From Gemmatimonadota bacterium (GTDB lineage: Bacteria > Latescibacterota > UBA2968 > UBA8231): a stretch of 64,000 nucleotides of DNA. Below are positions 10,564-20,202 of the stretch, one piece after another. How positions within the stretch are numbered: the first letter of the stretch is position 1; every line of letters begins with the position of its first letter. The translations under genes were made by a program, and so were the position numbers. A model generated the notes under the pieces. That model did not search any database. It worked only from the letters and a program-made list of their open reading frames with translations, and was not told the origin of the DNA. The DNA lies in contig JAYOYH010000016.1 in assembly GCA_038153405.1 (NCBI GenBank), positions 33,823 through 97,822 on the forward strand, read 5' to 3'.

Positions 10564-11433
10564 ATGAGTAAGAGCGTTTTGGTAATCGGTGCGGCTGGAA
10601 AGATCGCCGGTCAGGTTTTGCCCGCGCTGAATGCGCGCTATGCACTAACGCTGCTCGACGTGTGCCCAGAAGATCGCAGTGGTCAACCGGTAGCAGGCGT
10701 TCAGATCGCCGATCTCACAGACAACAATCGCGATGCTTATCGGGCGCATTTTGCCGGCGTGGACGCCGTGGTGCACTTCGGCTTTGTTCGCCCAGAAGGC
10801 GAGGGGGTCGAAGCGCGTTTTCGCGCCGAGATGCGCAACGTCGAAATGGCCTACAATGTCTATATGACGGCGCTCGAAGAAGGCGTCGGGCGCGTGGTCG
10901 TGGCCAGTTCCAACCACGCTGCCGACTACTATGAGGAGCTGATTCTCGACGGCGCAATGGACTTCGTGCATCCGGCGGGCCGCGCGCTGTCGGACAACTA
11001 CTACGGCTGGGCCAAAGAGGTTTATGAGCACTTGGGCTTTCTCTTTGCCGTCGGCAAGCAGAACGGGCGCCCGTTGCCCAACGTGCAGATTCGCATTGGC
11101 GGGCCGCGCGAGACGGATGTGGAGCGCTGCGAACTGGGTGATCTGCGCTGCATGCGCCGCGCACTGGGCGCCTACATTAGCGAACGCGATATGCAACAGC
11201 TCTTCGTAAAAAGCATTGAGGTAGAAGACATTGCCGACGAGCGCGGTGTGCCGTTTCAAATTTTCTACGGAATCAGCGGCAATTCGCACGCCTTCTGGAG
11301 CATTGCCAACGCGCGCAAGATCATTGGCTACGCTCCCGAAGACAACAGCGAACGGCGCTTTGCCGCCGCCATAGCTCAGCACCTGCGCGCTGCTAAACAG
11401 CGCGATGGCTATCCTGGACAGCGCGATGGCTGA
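10564..11433 (+). CDS. NAD-dependent epimerase/dehydrogenase (uronate dehydrogenase-like)
   Basis: GAAGKIA Rossmann motif, [21 protein letters not shown]. Confidence 0.8.
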   Translation: MSKSVLVIGAAGKIAGQVLPALNARYALTLLDVCPEDRSGQPVAGVQIADLTDNNRDAYRAHFAGVDAVVHFGFVRPEGEGVEARFRAEMRNVEMAYNVYMTALEEGVGRVVVASSNHAADYYEELILDGAMDFVHPAGRALSDNYYGWAKEVYEHLGFLFAVGKQNGRPLPNVQIRIGGPRETDVERCELGDLRCMRRALGAYISERDMQQLFVKSIEVEDIADERGVPFQIFYGISGNSHAFWSIANARKIIGYAPEDNSERRFAAAIAQHLRAAKQRDGYPGQRDG

Positions 11434-11434
11434 G

Positions 11435-12451
11435 ATGATTCCCTTTTCCATTCTCGACCTGGCTCCGATCCGCCAAGGCGAGGGGGCCGAGCAGGCTTTT
11501 CAGCAGCTGCGCGAGCGCGCGGTTTGGGCGGAGCAGTGCGGATTTAATCGCTACTGGCTGGCCGAACACCACAATATGAGCGGCGTTGGCAGCGCGGCCA
11601 CTAGCGTGCTCATTGGCCATATAGCCGGTGCAACTCAGCGCATGCGGGTAGGATCGGGAGGGATTATGTTGCCCAACCATGCGCCCCTGGTCATCGCCGA
11701 ACAGTTCGGCACGCTGGAGTCGCTCTACCCGGGGCGCATCGATCTGGGATTGGGCCGCGCGCCGGGTACTGACCTACTGACGGCGCGTGCGCTGCGCCGC
11801 GATCGCTTGGGCAACGACGGCGATTTTCCGCGCGATGTCGTCGAACTGCAGGCCTACTTTCGCGGCGGCCAGCCGAACCGCGTCTGCGCCGTGCCCGGCG
11901 AGGGGTTGGATGTGCCCATCTGGCTATTGGGATCGAGCTTGTTTAGCGCACAGTTAGCCGGTTTGCTGGGCTTGCCCTACGCCTTTGCCTCGCACTTTGC
12001 GCCCGACTATTTAATGGAGGCACTCGCCCTATACCGCAGTGAGTTCAAGCCATCGGAGGTGCTCGAGCGGCCCTATGCTATGGTCGGCACTAGTGTGGTC
12101 GCGGCGGATACGCGCGAAGAGGCGCAGCGACTTTTCACATCGCAGCAGGTGCAGTCGGTGCAGATGCTGCGGGGTGAGCGCGAGAAGATGGGGCCGCCCA
12201 TAGACGATATCGAAGCGTATTGGGTGCCACCGGAAAAGGAGGCCGTCGAGCACAAGTTGCGCTATGCCTTTGTCGGCACGGCCGATTCGCTGACGGTTGA
12301 TCTGGAGCGCTTTGTCGGAGCGACGGAGGCCGATGAACTGATTGCCACCGTGCGAATTTTTGATCAGCGCGCCAGTTTGCGTGCGATGGAAATTCTGGCA
12401 CAGGTGCGCCAGCAATTGGCGCGGGGCCTCCTAGAGGCTAGCTCGGCGTAA
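11435..12451 (+). CDS. Luciferase-like (LLM) flavin-dependent oxidoreductase, YhbW-like
   Basis: [36 protein letters not shown]. Confidence 0.92.
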   Translation: MIPFSILDLAPIRQGEGAEQAFQQLRERAVWAEQCGFNRYWLAEHHNMSGVGSAATSVLIGHIAGATQRMRVGSGGIMLPNHAPLVIAEQFGTLESLYPGRIDLGLGRAPGTDLLTARALRRDRLGNDGDFPRDVVELQAYFRGGQPNRVCAVPGEGLDVPIWLLGSSLFSAQLAGLLGLPYAFASHFAPDYLMEALALYRSEFKPSEVLERPYAMVGTSVVAADTREEAQRLFTSQQVQSVQMLRGEREKMGPPIDDIEAYWVPPEKEAVEHKLRYAFVGTADSLTVDLERFVGATEADELIATVRIFDQRASLRAMEILAQVRQQLARGLLEASSA

Positions 12452-12481
12452 TCGCTCTTTCGGCGCGCGCGGTCAAGTGGT

Positions 12482-13456
12482 TCAGTCCCCATGCCAAGTG
12501 TCGCCCCACTGCGCCTTGCGCGCGCGCTTCCAGTCCGGTCCGCTGCGGCGCGAGACCACCGCGTCGCGCAGGCCGTCTTTCTCGCATAGCTGTAAGTGGA
12601 TATGCCCGCTGCGGCGCTGGGGGTGGCGCACAATGCGCGCCGGCGCGCGCGCTTCGGACGAGCGCGTGAAAATCAGGTAGGAAAACTTCTCGTCTTCATA
12701 GCCCAGATTGCCGCGCTTGAACCGGCGGTGCTGCGCCGTGCGCGTCACTCGCTGCGAAAAATGACACCAATCACCTGTCGGGATAGGGCAGTGCTGGGCG
12801 TGCGGACAGGGGGCGAGAAGATGGGCGCCTTCTTCGATGAGCATAGAGCGCAGCGCGTTGATGCGCTCAAAGCAGGCCGTCGTGCCCGGTTCGACGATGA
12901 CCAGCGCCCGGCGCGTTGCCTCCCACATGCCGCGCGCCGCGTCGGCCCATTCGTCGCGTCCCAACTCGTTTAGTACATAGCTGGCGATCACTAGGTCGGC
13001 GTCGGGCAAGGCGTTCTGTGTCAGGCTTGCGGCCTGCCAGGTGGCATCGGACATAGGGGCTAGATCGACGGCAGCGGCCAGGCGTTCTCCAAGTGCGATC
13101 AGATGGGGATCGCGTTCGAATAGTGCGACGGAGTTCAGGGAGGGAAAGAGCGAACAGGCGGCCCAGCTGGCACTTCCGGAGCCAGCGCCCAGATCGAGTA
13201 GCGTGTGCGGTGCCGCTTCCGGCCATAGCTGACGCAGGTGCATTAGCGCGGCGCAGTTGGCCGCATACGTGGCCGGTAGCCGCGTGACGGCGTAGGCAAG
13301 CCGCTCGATCTGACCGGGTAAAAAGGCCGAACCCGCCGCGCGGTCGGCGCGGCGGTACTGTAGCGAGATGCGTTCGGCCGCCGCCGCTAGATCGGCGGGT
13401 TCGGCGTCGGCCACCGCTTGTTCGATGGCGCGTTGGAGTGCGTCGGGTAGTTGCAT
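12482..13456 (-). CDS. Rsm22/METTL17-family SAM methyltransferase-like protein
   Basis: LDLGAGSG, SYVLNEL, VEPGT, APCPH..C...WCHF, EDEKFSY, W..AR...WGD. Confidence 0.85.
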   Translation of the reverse strand: MQLPDALQRAIEQAVADAEPADLAAAAERISLQYRRADRAAGSAFLPGQIERLAYAVTRLPATYAANCAALMHLRQLWPEAAPHTLLDLGAGSGSASWAACSLFPSLNSVALFERDPHLIALGERLAAAVDLAPMSDATWQAASLTQNALPDADLVIASYVLNELGRDEWADAARGMWEATRRALVIVEPGTTACFERINALRSMLIEEGAHLLAPCPHAQHCPIPTGDWCHFSQRVTRTAQHRRFKRGNLGYEDEKFSYLIFTRSSEARAPARIVRHPQRRSGHIHLQLCEKDGLRDAVVSRRSGPDWKRARKAQWGDTWHGD

Positions 13457-13472
13457 AGAGTGCTATATGTAC

Positions 13473-13514
13473 AAAAGGCATGGCGCCGTCCCTGTGGGAG
13501 ATGCCATGCCTTTT
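13473..13514. terminator. Intrinsic terminator after glnII (symmetric)
   Basis: AAAAGGCATGGCG...TGCCATGCCTTTT. Confidence 0.8.
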
Positions 13515-13532
13515 GCTAAGCGGGCGCTAGTA

Positions 13533-14582
13533 CTAACGCTTGCGGCTGGTCTTCTTGGCGGCCGTGCCGCGCAGCGCTTTCTTGGTGGTCTTGATAATGA
13601 CCGCTGCCACCTTGTAGGGATCCGCGTTGGATGCGGGGCGGCGGTCTTCAAGGCGGCCTTTCCAGCCCTTTTCAATCGTGCCGATCGGTATGCGAATCGA
13701 TGCGCCGCGGTCCGACGCGCCGTAGCTGAACTTGTCGATTGACTGGGTCTCGTGGTGGCCCGTCAGGCGCTGGTCGTTGTCGGCGCCGTATACGGCAATG
13801 TGCTCGGAGATATTTTTGCCAAACTCTTCGCAGATCGTCACGAAGGTCTTCTTGTTGCCGGCGCTGCGCATGGCGCCGTTAGAGAAGTTGGCGTGCATAC
13901 CCGAACCGTTCCAGTCGCCCTTGACTGGCTTGGGATGCCAATTGATGACGATGCCGTATTTCTCGGCCGTGCGCTCGAGCAAGTAGCGGCCCAGCCAGAT
14001 CTGGTCGCCAGCCGAGCAGGCGCCCTTGGCAAAAATCTGGAATTCCCACTGGCCCATCATCACTTCGGCGTTAATGCCCTCGACATTTAGACCCACTTCC
14101 AAGCACAGGTGCAGGTGTTCGTCGACCAGATCGCGACCATAGGTGTTTTGCGAACCGACGGAGGTGTAGTAGGGGCCCTGTGGACGCGGATAGCCGCCCT
14201 TGGGGAAGCCAAGGGGGAGGTTGGTTTCCGGATCCCACAGCGTGTACTCCTGCTCAAAACCAAACCAGAAGTCGTCGTCGTCGTCGTTGATCGTAGCGCG
14301 ACCGTTGGTTTCGTGCGGCGTTCCGTTGGCGTTTAATACTTCCGTCACGATTAGCCAGCCGTTGCCGCCAAAGCGGTCGGGATCGGGGTAAGCCGCGACG
14401 GGTTTGAGCAGACAGTCGGACGAACCACCCGTTGCCTGTTCCGTCGAAGAACCGTCAAAAGACCATATGGGTGCATCGGCGACGTCGCCTGAGAAATCAT
14501 CGACGATGAGGGTTTTGCTGCGCAGGCTCTGCGTGGGATGATACCCATCGAGCCAGATATACTCCAACTTGCACTTAGCCAT
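13533..14582 (-). CDS. glnII: Glutamine synthetase type II
   Basis: EYIWLDG, LRSKT, FDGSST, GFEQEY, QGPYY, NAEVM.GQWEFQ, WNGSGMH, EDRRPASN.DPY; 349 aa. Confidence 0.93.
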   Translation of the reverse strand: MAKCKLEYIWLDGYHPTQSLRSKTLIVDDFSGDVADAPIWSFDGSSTEQATGGSSDCLLKPVAAYPDPDRFGGNGWLIVTEVLNANGTPHETNGRATINDDDDDFWFGFEQEYTLWDPETNLPLGFPKGGYPRPQGPYYTSVGSQNTYGRDLVDEHLHLCLEVGLNVEGINAEVMMGQWEFQIFAKGACSAGDQIWLGRYLLERTAEKYGIVINWHPKPVKGDWNGSGMHANFSNGAMRSAGNKKTFVTICEEFGKNISEHIAVYGADNDQRLTGHHETQSIDKFSYGASDRGASIRIPIGTIEKGWKGRLEDRRPASNADPYKVAAVIIKTTKKALRGTAAKKTSRKR

Positions 14583-14596
14583 CTTAGAAACCTCTC

Positions 14597-14674
14597 CTAT
14601 CGGGGTTTTAGGTGAAAGAGACTGGCTGATCGAGCCGTGAACCGCCCCAGTTGCTGGGCCGTTCGCCTGCTCAT
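14597..14674 (-). CDS. Putative glnII leader peptide (uORF, 25 aa MSRRTAQQLGRFTARSASLFHLKPR)
   Basis: SD AGGAG 6 nt before ATG; TAG stop overlaps the glnII SD; lies downstream of the sigma54 promoter. Confidence 0.45.
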   Translation of the reverse strand: MSRRTAQQLGRFTARSASLFHLKPR

Positions 14675-14730
14675 TATGCTCTCCTAGTGCTCTATCCGAT
14701 TTGCAGTTGCAATACTACGTAGCGACTTTT

Positions 14731-14746
14731 AGCAATTCGCGTTCCA
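14731..14746 (-). promoter_or_regulatory. Sigma54 (-24/-12) promoter of glnII
   Basis: Minus strand TGGAAC-GCGAA-TTGCT matches TGGCAC-N5-TTGC. Confidence 0.8.
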
Positions 14747-14877
14747 CGAAAAAACGGGACCGATCTGCGCGCATGTCGGGTAACTCTTATTTGTACAAAT
14801 AGTTGAAAAAAATAGTCTTATGTGATTTTAAAGATCGGCCGTAATCCGTATATGCAGCCTGTTGGATGAGACATATA

Positions 14878-15048
14878 CAACATTTTTGTTGTTTTTATAG
14901 CAAGCGAGACTAATAACATAAGGATATTCGTCAGAGGACACAAAAAATATCTCAGGTATAAAAAAAATGGGGGTAAAGAAGGCGCGGTTGGCGAGCGGGA
15001 GGTCAAGAGCAGATCTATTAAATGCAACATTTTTGTGGTTTTTTAGCA
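14878..15048. repeat. Two near-identical ~25-bp direct repeats (candidate enhancer-protein sites)
   Basis: CAACATTTTTGTTGTTTTTATAGCA (14878) and CAACATTTTTGTGGTTTTTTAGCA (15025) in an AT-rich intergenic region. Confidence 0.6.
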
Positions 15049-15318
15049 GAAAAGTACATTAATGTGGTATGGCGAGGGGCTTGGCGCTAAGGGAGCATTC
15101 CAGGACGAGCCGTGGGGCGTTAAGCGGTGCTTGTGTCGCGGGTTGTGGACCTTTGGCACGTCTCGACAAGATGGGCGGCGGCTGCCCGCGTTGGATTGCA
15201 GTCGCTGCGTTGACGCTCCCATAGCTCTGTTGTAGATTTGACCGCTCCTTTGTGCAAGAGAGCGGATAGAGTTCAGGTGAAACGGGTTCCTTCAATTCAT
15301 GCGGTGCTGCGGTTGCCG

Positions 15319-16452
15319 ATGCGTATCTCCTGTATCGCGGCGCTGCTGTTGGCCTGCGGCGCTGGCGATCGCACTGTGCGCGAGTTGGCTCCGGGGGTGT
15401 CCTATCACAAGGTGCATCTGTTGGAAGGCCCCTGGTGGATTCACATCGTCGAGGTCGACCTGTCCCGCGCCTGGCGAGAGGGCATTCGCCTGCGCACGGC
15501 CAATGCGCCCGCCGAGCAGGGGGGCGTAGAGCGCACCAGCGTGCTGGGGCAGGAGGCGCTGGCGGCGATAAATGGCGATTTCTTTTACACGAGCGAGACG
15601 AGCCATGCGGCCGGTTTGCAGATTAGCGAGGGGATGCTTCTACAGGGGCCGCAGCGGCGCTCGGCGCTTGCCATTTCGCGCAGCGGCAAACCGCTCATCG
15701 CCTCGTTTGGCATGGATATGGGCGTGGTCTTGTCGAGTGGGCAGGTCGTGCCCATAAGCGGCTTTAACCGCGCGCCACGCGAAGGGGAACTGACCCTCTA
15801 CAACGTTCGTGCCCAGTCCTGGCGCGACTCCGTTCACGCCGAATTTGGCTTTCAACTGCAGAGTTTGCAGGGGTTCTCTATATTGAACGACACCTTGGCC
15901 GTACAGGTGCTGCAACTGCGCCGGCGCGCTTGGCCGCTGGTCTTGGAGCGCGGCCAGTGGTTGATTGCCGCCGATAGCGGGCGCGGCGACGTTGCCCGCA
16001 TCGCGCCCGGCGATACGCTGCGGCTGTTTTGCCGCCTGCCGCCTGCCGGCGAAGCGCTGCAGGAGGCCTTGGGCGGCGGACCGCGCATCCTGCGCGACGG
16101 GGCCATATCGATTGAGTACGAGCGGGAGGGATTGAGTCCGGCATTTGCCCAAGAGCGCCATCCGCGCACGGCCGTCGGCTATACGCAAAATGGTCAGGTT
16201 CTCTTTCTCGTCGTCGTCGATGGGCGCCAGCCCGGCTTTAGCGTCGGCATGACGCTAGAAGAACTGGCCCACTTTATGCGACTGCGCTTGGCCGATTTTT
16301 CGCTGGTGCGAGAGAATGCCTATCAGGCGCTCAACCTCGACGGCGGCGGCTCGACGACGATGGCTGTCAAAGGCGAGGTGGTCAATAGCCCATCCGATCA
16401 GACCGGCGAGCGCCCCGTAGCCAATGCGCTCTTGGTCGTGAAGGGACCGTAG
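15319..16452 (+). CDS. Phosphodiester glycosidase (NAGPA/DUF2233) family lipoprotein
   Basis: AAINGDFF, HPRTAVG, VDGRQ, ALNLDGGGST, ERPVAN; lipobox LLAC. Confidence 0.88.
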   Translation: MRISCIAALLLACGAGDRTVRELAPGVSYHKVHLLEGPWWIHIVEVDLSRAWREGIRLRTANAPAEQGGVERTSVLGQEALAAINGDFFYTSETSHAAGLQISEGMLLQGPQRRSALAISRSGKPLIASFGMDMGVVLSSGQVVPISGFNRAPREGELTLYNVRAQSWRDSVHAEFGFQLQSLQGFSILNDTLAVQVLQLRRRAWPLVLERGQWLIAADSGRGDVARIAPGDTLRLFCRLPPAGEALQEALGGGPRILRDGAISIEYEREGLSPAFAQERHPRTAVGYTQNGQVLFLVVVDGRQPGFSVGMTLEELAHFMRLRLADFSLVRENAYQALNLDGGGSTTMAVKGEVVNSPSDQTGERPVANALLVVKGP

Positions 16453-16455
16453 GGA

Positions 16456-17520
16456 ATGGTGTTATTCAGGGCAGACGATCTGCGCGCGCTGGGCCGCGCG
16501 CTCTTTATTCGCGTTGGCGTGCGCCCGGACGACGCCGAACTCGTAGCGGATCATCTAGTCGAGTCGGGTCTGCTGGGCCACGATACGCATAGCGTCTTGC
16601 GCCTGCCGCAGTATGTGAATATGGTGCGCGACGGCGTGGTCGATCCGCAGGGCGCACTGCGCGTGCTCGAAGATAGCACCTATGCGGCGCGTTTGAGCGG
16701 TTCGTGGAATTTTGGGCCGGTGACGGCGACGCGCGCCATGGAGTGCGCGCTGGACAAGTTGGGTGACGGCGGAGCCATTGCGGTTGTTACGGTGCGCGAT
16801 TGCAACCACATAGCGCGTTTGGGGCGTTTTGCGGCACTGGCTACGGTGCGCGACTGCATTGCGCTGATGGTGGCCAATGGGCACGGCGGCGATTTGGCCG
16901 TGGCGCCGTTTGGTGGCCGTGCCCGGCGCTTGCCGACCAATCCGATCTGCGTAGGTATTCCCACGGGCCTAGCGTGGCCGCTGGTGCTCGATATGACCAC
17001 CAGCATGACATCGGGCGGCGACTTGCGGCTTCTGCGCAATCTCGGTAGACCCGCACCCGCTGGATCGATCGTAGACTCGGATGGCGCGCCGACTACCGAC
17101 GTGGAAAAATACTACGGTCCACCGCCGGGCGCGGCGCTGCCGCTGGGCGTGCCGACGAGCGCTCACAAGGGGTTTGGTCTAGGCGTGCTGGTCGACGTCT
17201 TGGCCGGCGCCCTGTCGGGTGCCGAGTGCAGCAAAGAAACTTATCAGCGCTCGGGCAATGCCCTGTTTATCGCCGCGCTGCGGGTGGAGGCATTCCGGCC
17301 GTTAGAGGACTTCTTCGCCGAGGTGCAGGGCTTGGTGGAACGCATCAAGTCGTGTCCGCCCGCAGAGGGCTTTGGCGAGGTCATGCTACCCGGCGAAAAT
17401 GCCCATCGCCACTACGTGCGGCGGGAGCGCGAGGGGTTGGAGGTCGATGCGGTCGCCTGGCAGCAGATCGCCGAATTGGCGAGCGAGTTGGATGTGCAAC
17501 TGCCCGATCCTGTCGCGTGA
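16456..17520 (+). CDS. Ldh_2 (malate/L-lactate/sulfolactate dehydrogenase) family oxidoreductase
   Basis: GHDTH, NHIARL, TNP, LDMTTS, HKGFGL, LPGE. Confidence 0.88.
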   Translation: MVLFRADDLRALGRALFIRVGVRPDDAELVADHLVESGLLGHDTHSVLRLPQYVNMVRDGVVDPQGALRVLEDSTYAARLSGSWNFGPVTATRAMECALDKLGDGGAIAVVTVRDCNHIARLGRFAALATVRDCIALMVANGHGGDLAVAPFGGRARRLPTNPICVGIPTGLAWPLVLDMTTSMTSGGDLRLLRNLGRPAPAGSIVDSDGAPTTDVEKYYGPPPGAALPLGVPTSAHKGFGLGVLVDVLAGALSGAECSKETYQRSGNALFIAALRVEAFRPLEDFFAEVQGLVERIKSCPPAEGFGEVMLPGENAHRHYVRREREGLEVDAVAWQQIAELASELDVQLPDPVA

Positions 17521-17566
17521 GAACGATATTGCACCGCACTGTCAAACAACGGATGGAGGTTTTGAA

Positions 17567-18562
17567 ATGCTCGATATAGGCATCGTAGGTCTCGGTGGGA
17601 TAGGCAACAATCATGCTCGGTGCTACACGGAAAATAAACACGCGCGCGTAGTTGCCGTGTGCGACGTCATACGAGAGCGGGCCGACGCGGCGGCCGAGCG
17701 CTGGAATGCACGGGCGTTTTACAGCATCAAGGAAATGCTCAAGAGCGGAATCCATCTCGACGCCTGCTCCGTTACGACGGCGGGCGTGGAAAACGGCGGC
17801 GACCACTACGAACCGACGATGGAATTGCTCAAAGCGGGACTGCCAGTGTTGGGTGAGAAGCCGATTTCCAACGATGTGAGCAAGGCGCGCAAGATGGTGG
17901 CGCTGGCCAAGAAAAAGCGCCTGCGCTACGGAGTAAATCTCAACCACCGCTTTACGCCAGCGGCCGTGCGCGCCAAAGAGTGGTTGCAGGCTGGGCGTCT
18001 GGGCGAGCTCAATATCGTCAATATGACTATGTGGATTAACAATCCCAACGAGTCGAGTCCGTGGTTTCACATCCGCGCTCTCCATCCCCACTCGCTCGAC
18101 GTGATGCGCTATTTTGCCGGCGACGTCGACAAGGTGCAGGCCTTCTTCAAAAAGGGCAAGGGGCGCAAAATTTGGTCCAACGTGCAGGCCAACTTGCAGT
18201 TTAAGAATGGCGTGATCGGCCACCTGACGGGCAGCTACGACGCGGGCGGTAGCTACGGCTTGGAGACGCTGGAATTGGTGGGGTCAGAAGGCCGCGTGGT
18301 TATCAACGAGGCCTGCGAGAAGCTGAGTTTTTACCCGCGCTTCTCGCACGAGATCGAAAGCTATGACCACCTGGGCGGAATGGGCTCGTTCCCGGATACA
18401 TTCCCGTCGCGCATTGGCGCTTGGATCGACGATCTGCGCAACAACACGCCGCCCAGTAAGGTCGATGCCAAGGCCGAAGATGCACTGAAAGTGCAGCTTG
18501 TCATCGAGTCGATCATCAAGTCTTGGGAAACCGGCCAGGTCGTTAAAGTGCCGCAAAAGTAG
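17567..18562 (+). CDS. Gfo/Idh/MocA oxidoreductase
   Basis: GIVGLGGIG, EKP, NHRF; SD GGAGG. Confidence 0.88.
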   Translation: MLDIGIVGLGGIGNNHARCYTENKHARVVAVCDVIRERADAAAERWNARAFYSIKEMLKSGIHLDACSVTTAGVENGGDHYEPTMELLKAGLPVLGEKPISNDVSKARKMVALAKKKRLRYGVNLNHRFTPAAVRAKEWLQAGRLGELNIVNMTMWINNPNESSPWFHIRALHPHSLDVMRYFAGDVDKVQAFFKKGKGRKIWSNVQANLQFKNGVIGHLTGSYDAGGSYGLETLELVGSEGRVVINEACEKLSFYPRFSHEIESYDHLGGMGSFPDTFPSRIGAWIDDLRNNTPPSKVDAKAEDALKVQLVIESIIKSWETGQVVKVPQK

Positions 18563-18564
18563 CC

Positions 18565-19560
18565 ATGATACGCACTGCAGTCATTGGGCTTGGTCCAATT
18601 GGCAATCGCCATGCCAAGCTATACAACGAAATGGACAACGCCGAGTTGCTCGGCGTGTGCGACGTAGATCGCGCCCGGGCCGATGCGGCGGCCAAGAAGC
18701 ACGGCACGCGCGCCTTCTACGGCGTGCAGGACATGATCGAATCCGTCGAATTGGATATGGTTAGCGTCACCACGGGCGGCGAGGAGTACGGCAGCGACCA
18801 CTACCAACCGACGATCGACGCGCTGCAGGCCGGACTGCACGTGCTGGGTGAAAAGCCCATTTCCAACGAGATTGCCCCGGCCGAAGAGATGGTGGCGCTG
18901 GCGCGCGAAAAGGGCCTGTGCTACGGCATCAATATGAACCATCGCTTTACGCCGGCCGCGCGCTTGGCTAAGCAGTGGATGGACGATGGCCGCATTGGCG
19001 ACCTGCTCTTTATGAATATGAGCATGTGGATTATGAATCCGCGCGAGTCGAGTCCGTGGTTTCAAATCAAGGCGCTGCATCCGCACACCGTAGATATTAT
19101 GCGCTACTACTGCGGTGAAATTGAGTGCGTGCAGTGCTTTGCCCTCAAGGCGCCGGGCAGGTCGATCTATTCTACGGCGCAGTTCAATATGCGCTTTAAA
19201 AACGGCTGTCTGGGCCATTTGACCGGCAGCTATGACATCGAGCGCGGACACCCGATGGAGCGCTGCGAAGTGGCCGGCGTCCGTGGGCGCTTCGTAATCG
19301 ATGATATGTACCGCGAAGCAACGCTCTTTCCGGCTGGCCAGATGGAGAAGCGCGTGTATTCGAATCCGATTTTTGGCGGCATGGGCGATTTTGAAGACAC
19401 GTTTCGCAACCGCCTGCGCCGCTTTGTCGAGCAGCTTGAAGAGGGGGCCAAGCCCGAGGAAATCGATGGCTCTGGACTTGACGGACTGAAGGCGCAGAAG
19501 GTGTTGGCTGCGGCGATCCGTTCCGTCGAAAGCGAAGCTGTCGTCTACGTGGAGGATTAG
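18565..19560 (+). CDS. Gfo/Idh/MocA oxidoreductase (tandem paralog)
   Basis: VIGLGPIG, EKPISN, NHRFTPAA. Confidence 0.88.
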   Translation: MIRTAVIGLGPIGNRHAKLYNEMDNAELLGVCDVDRARADAAAKKHGTRAFYGVQDMIESVELDMVSVTTGGEEYGSDHYQPTIDALQAGLHVLGEKPISNEIAPAEEMVALAREKGLCYGINMNHRFTPAARLAKQWMDDGRIGDLLFMNMSMWIMNPRESSPWFQIKALHPHTVDIMRYYCGEIECVQCFALKAPGRSIYSTAQFNMRFKNGCLGHLTGSYDIERGHPMERCEVAGVRGRFVIDDMYREATLFPAGQMEKRVYSNPIFGGMGDFEDTFRNRLRRFVEQLEEGAKPEEIDGSGLDGLKAQKVLAAAIRSVESEAVVYVED

Positions 19561-20202
19561 GTGGAGTACAATGAAAAAATGCTCGCGGCCAAGGCGCGGC
19601 TATTGGAGCGCTTCAAAGCGAGGGAGCGAGGCCAGGGCGACCCTACCCGCGATCGCCTGCCGCCGGGGCAGCACTTGACCAAAGGTTTTCCCGTGCTCGA
19701 TTTGGGAGTGAAGCCGAAGTTCCATCCCAAGCGTTGGCGCTTCCAGGTCGAGGGCGAGGTCGAAGAGGGGCTCGACCTCGATTGGGATGGCTTTGCCGCC
19801 TTGCCACGCGTCCGCTCAGAGAGCGATTTTCACTGCGTGACAACCTGGTCAAAATTCGATGTGGAGTGGGGCGGCGTGCCGTTTATCGAGGTCGCCGCAC
19901 GCGTGCGGCCTACGGAAGCAGCGCGTTTTGTCATCGTGCACTCGGCCGACGGCTACACCACCAACGTGCCGCTGGCCGACTGCCTCGACGACGACGTCAT
20001 TCTCGCCGATGCGCTCTTTGGCCAACCTCTCCCCTTAGAGCACGGTGGGCCGATGCGCTTGGTCGTTCCTAAACTCTACGCGTGGAAGTCGGCCAAATTC
20101 GTGCGGAAATTGGTGTTCGTCAAAGAGGACCAGCCCGGGTTTTGGGAGGAGCGCGGCTACCACGATCGCGGCGATCCGTGGCAAGAGGAGCGCTACCGGT
20201 AG
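19561..20202 (+). CDS. Sulfite oxidase-like molybdopterin-binding protein (YuiH-like)
   Basis: RLPPGQ, DFHCVTTWS, EHGGPMRLVVP.LY.WKSAK, GFWE.RGYH.RGDPW.EER. Confidence 0.92.
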   Translation: MEYNEKMLAAKARLLERFKARERGQGDPTRDRLPPGQHLTKGFPVLDLGVKPKFHPKRWRFQVEGEVEEGLDLDWDGFAALPRVRSESDFHCVTTWSKFDVEWGGVPFIEVAARVRPTEAARFVIVHSADGYTTNVPLADCLDDDVILADALFGQPLPLEHGGPMRLVVPKLYAWKSAKFVRKLVFVKEDQPGFWEERGYHDRGDPWQEERYR

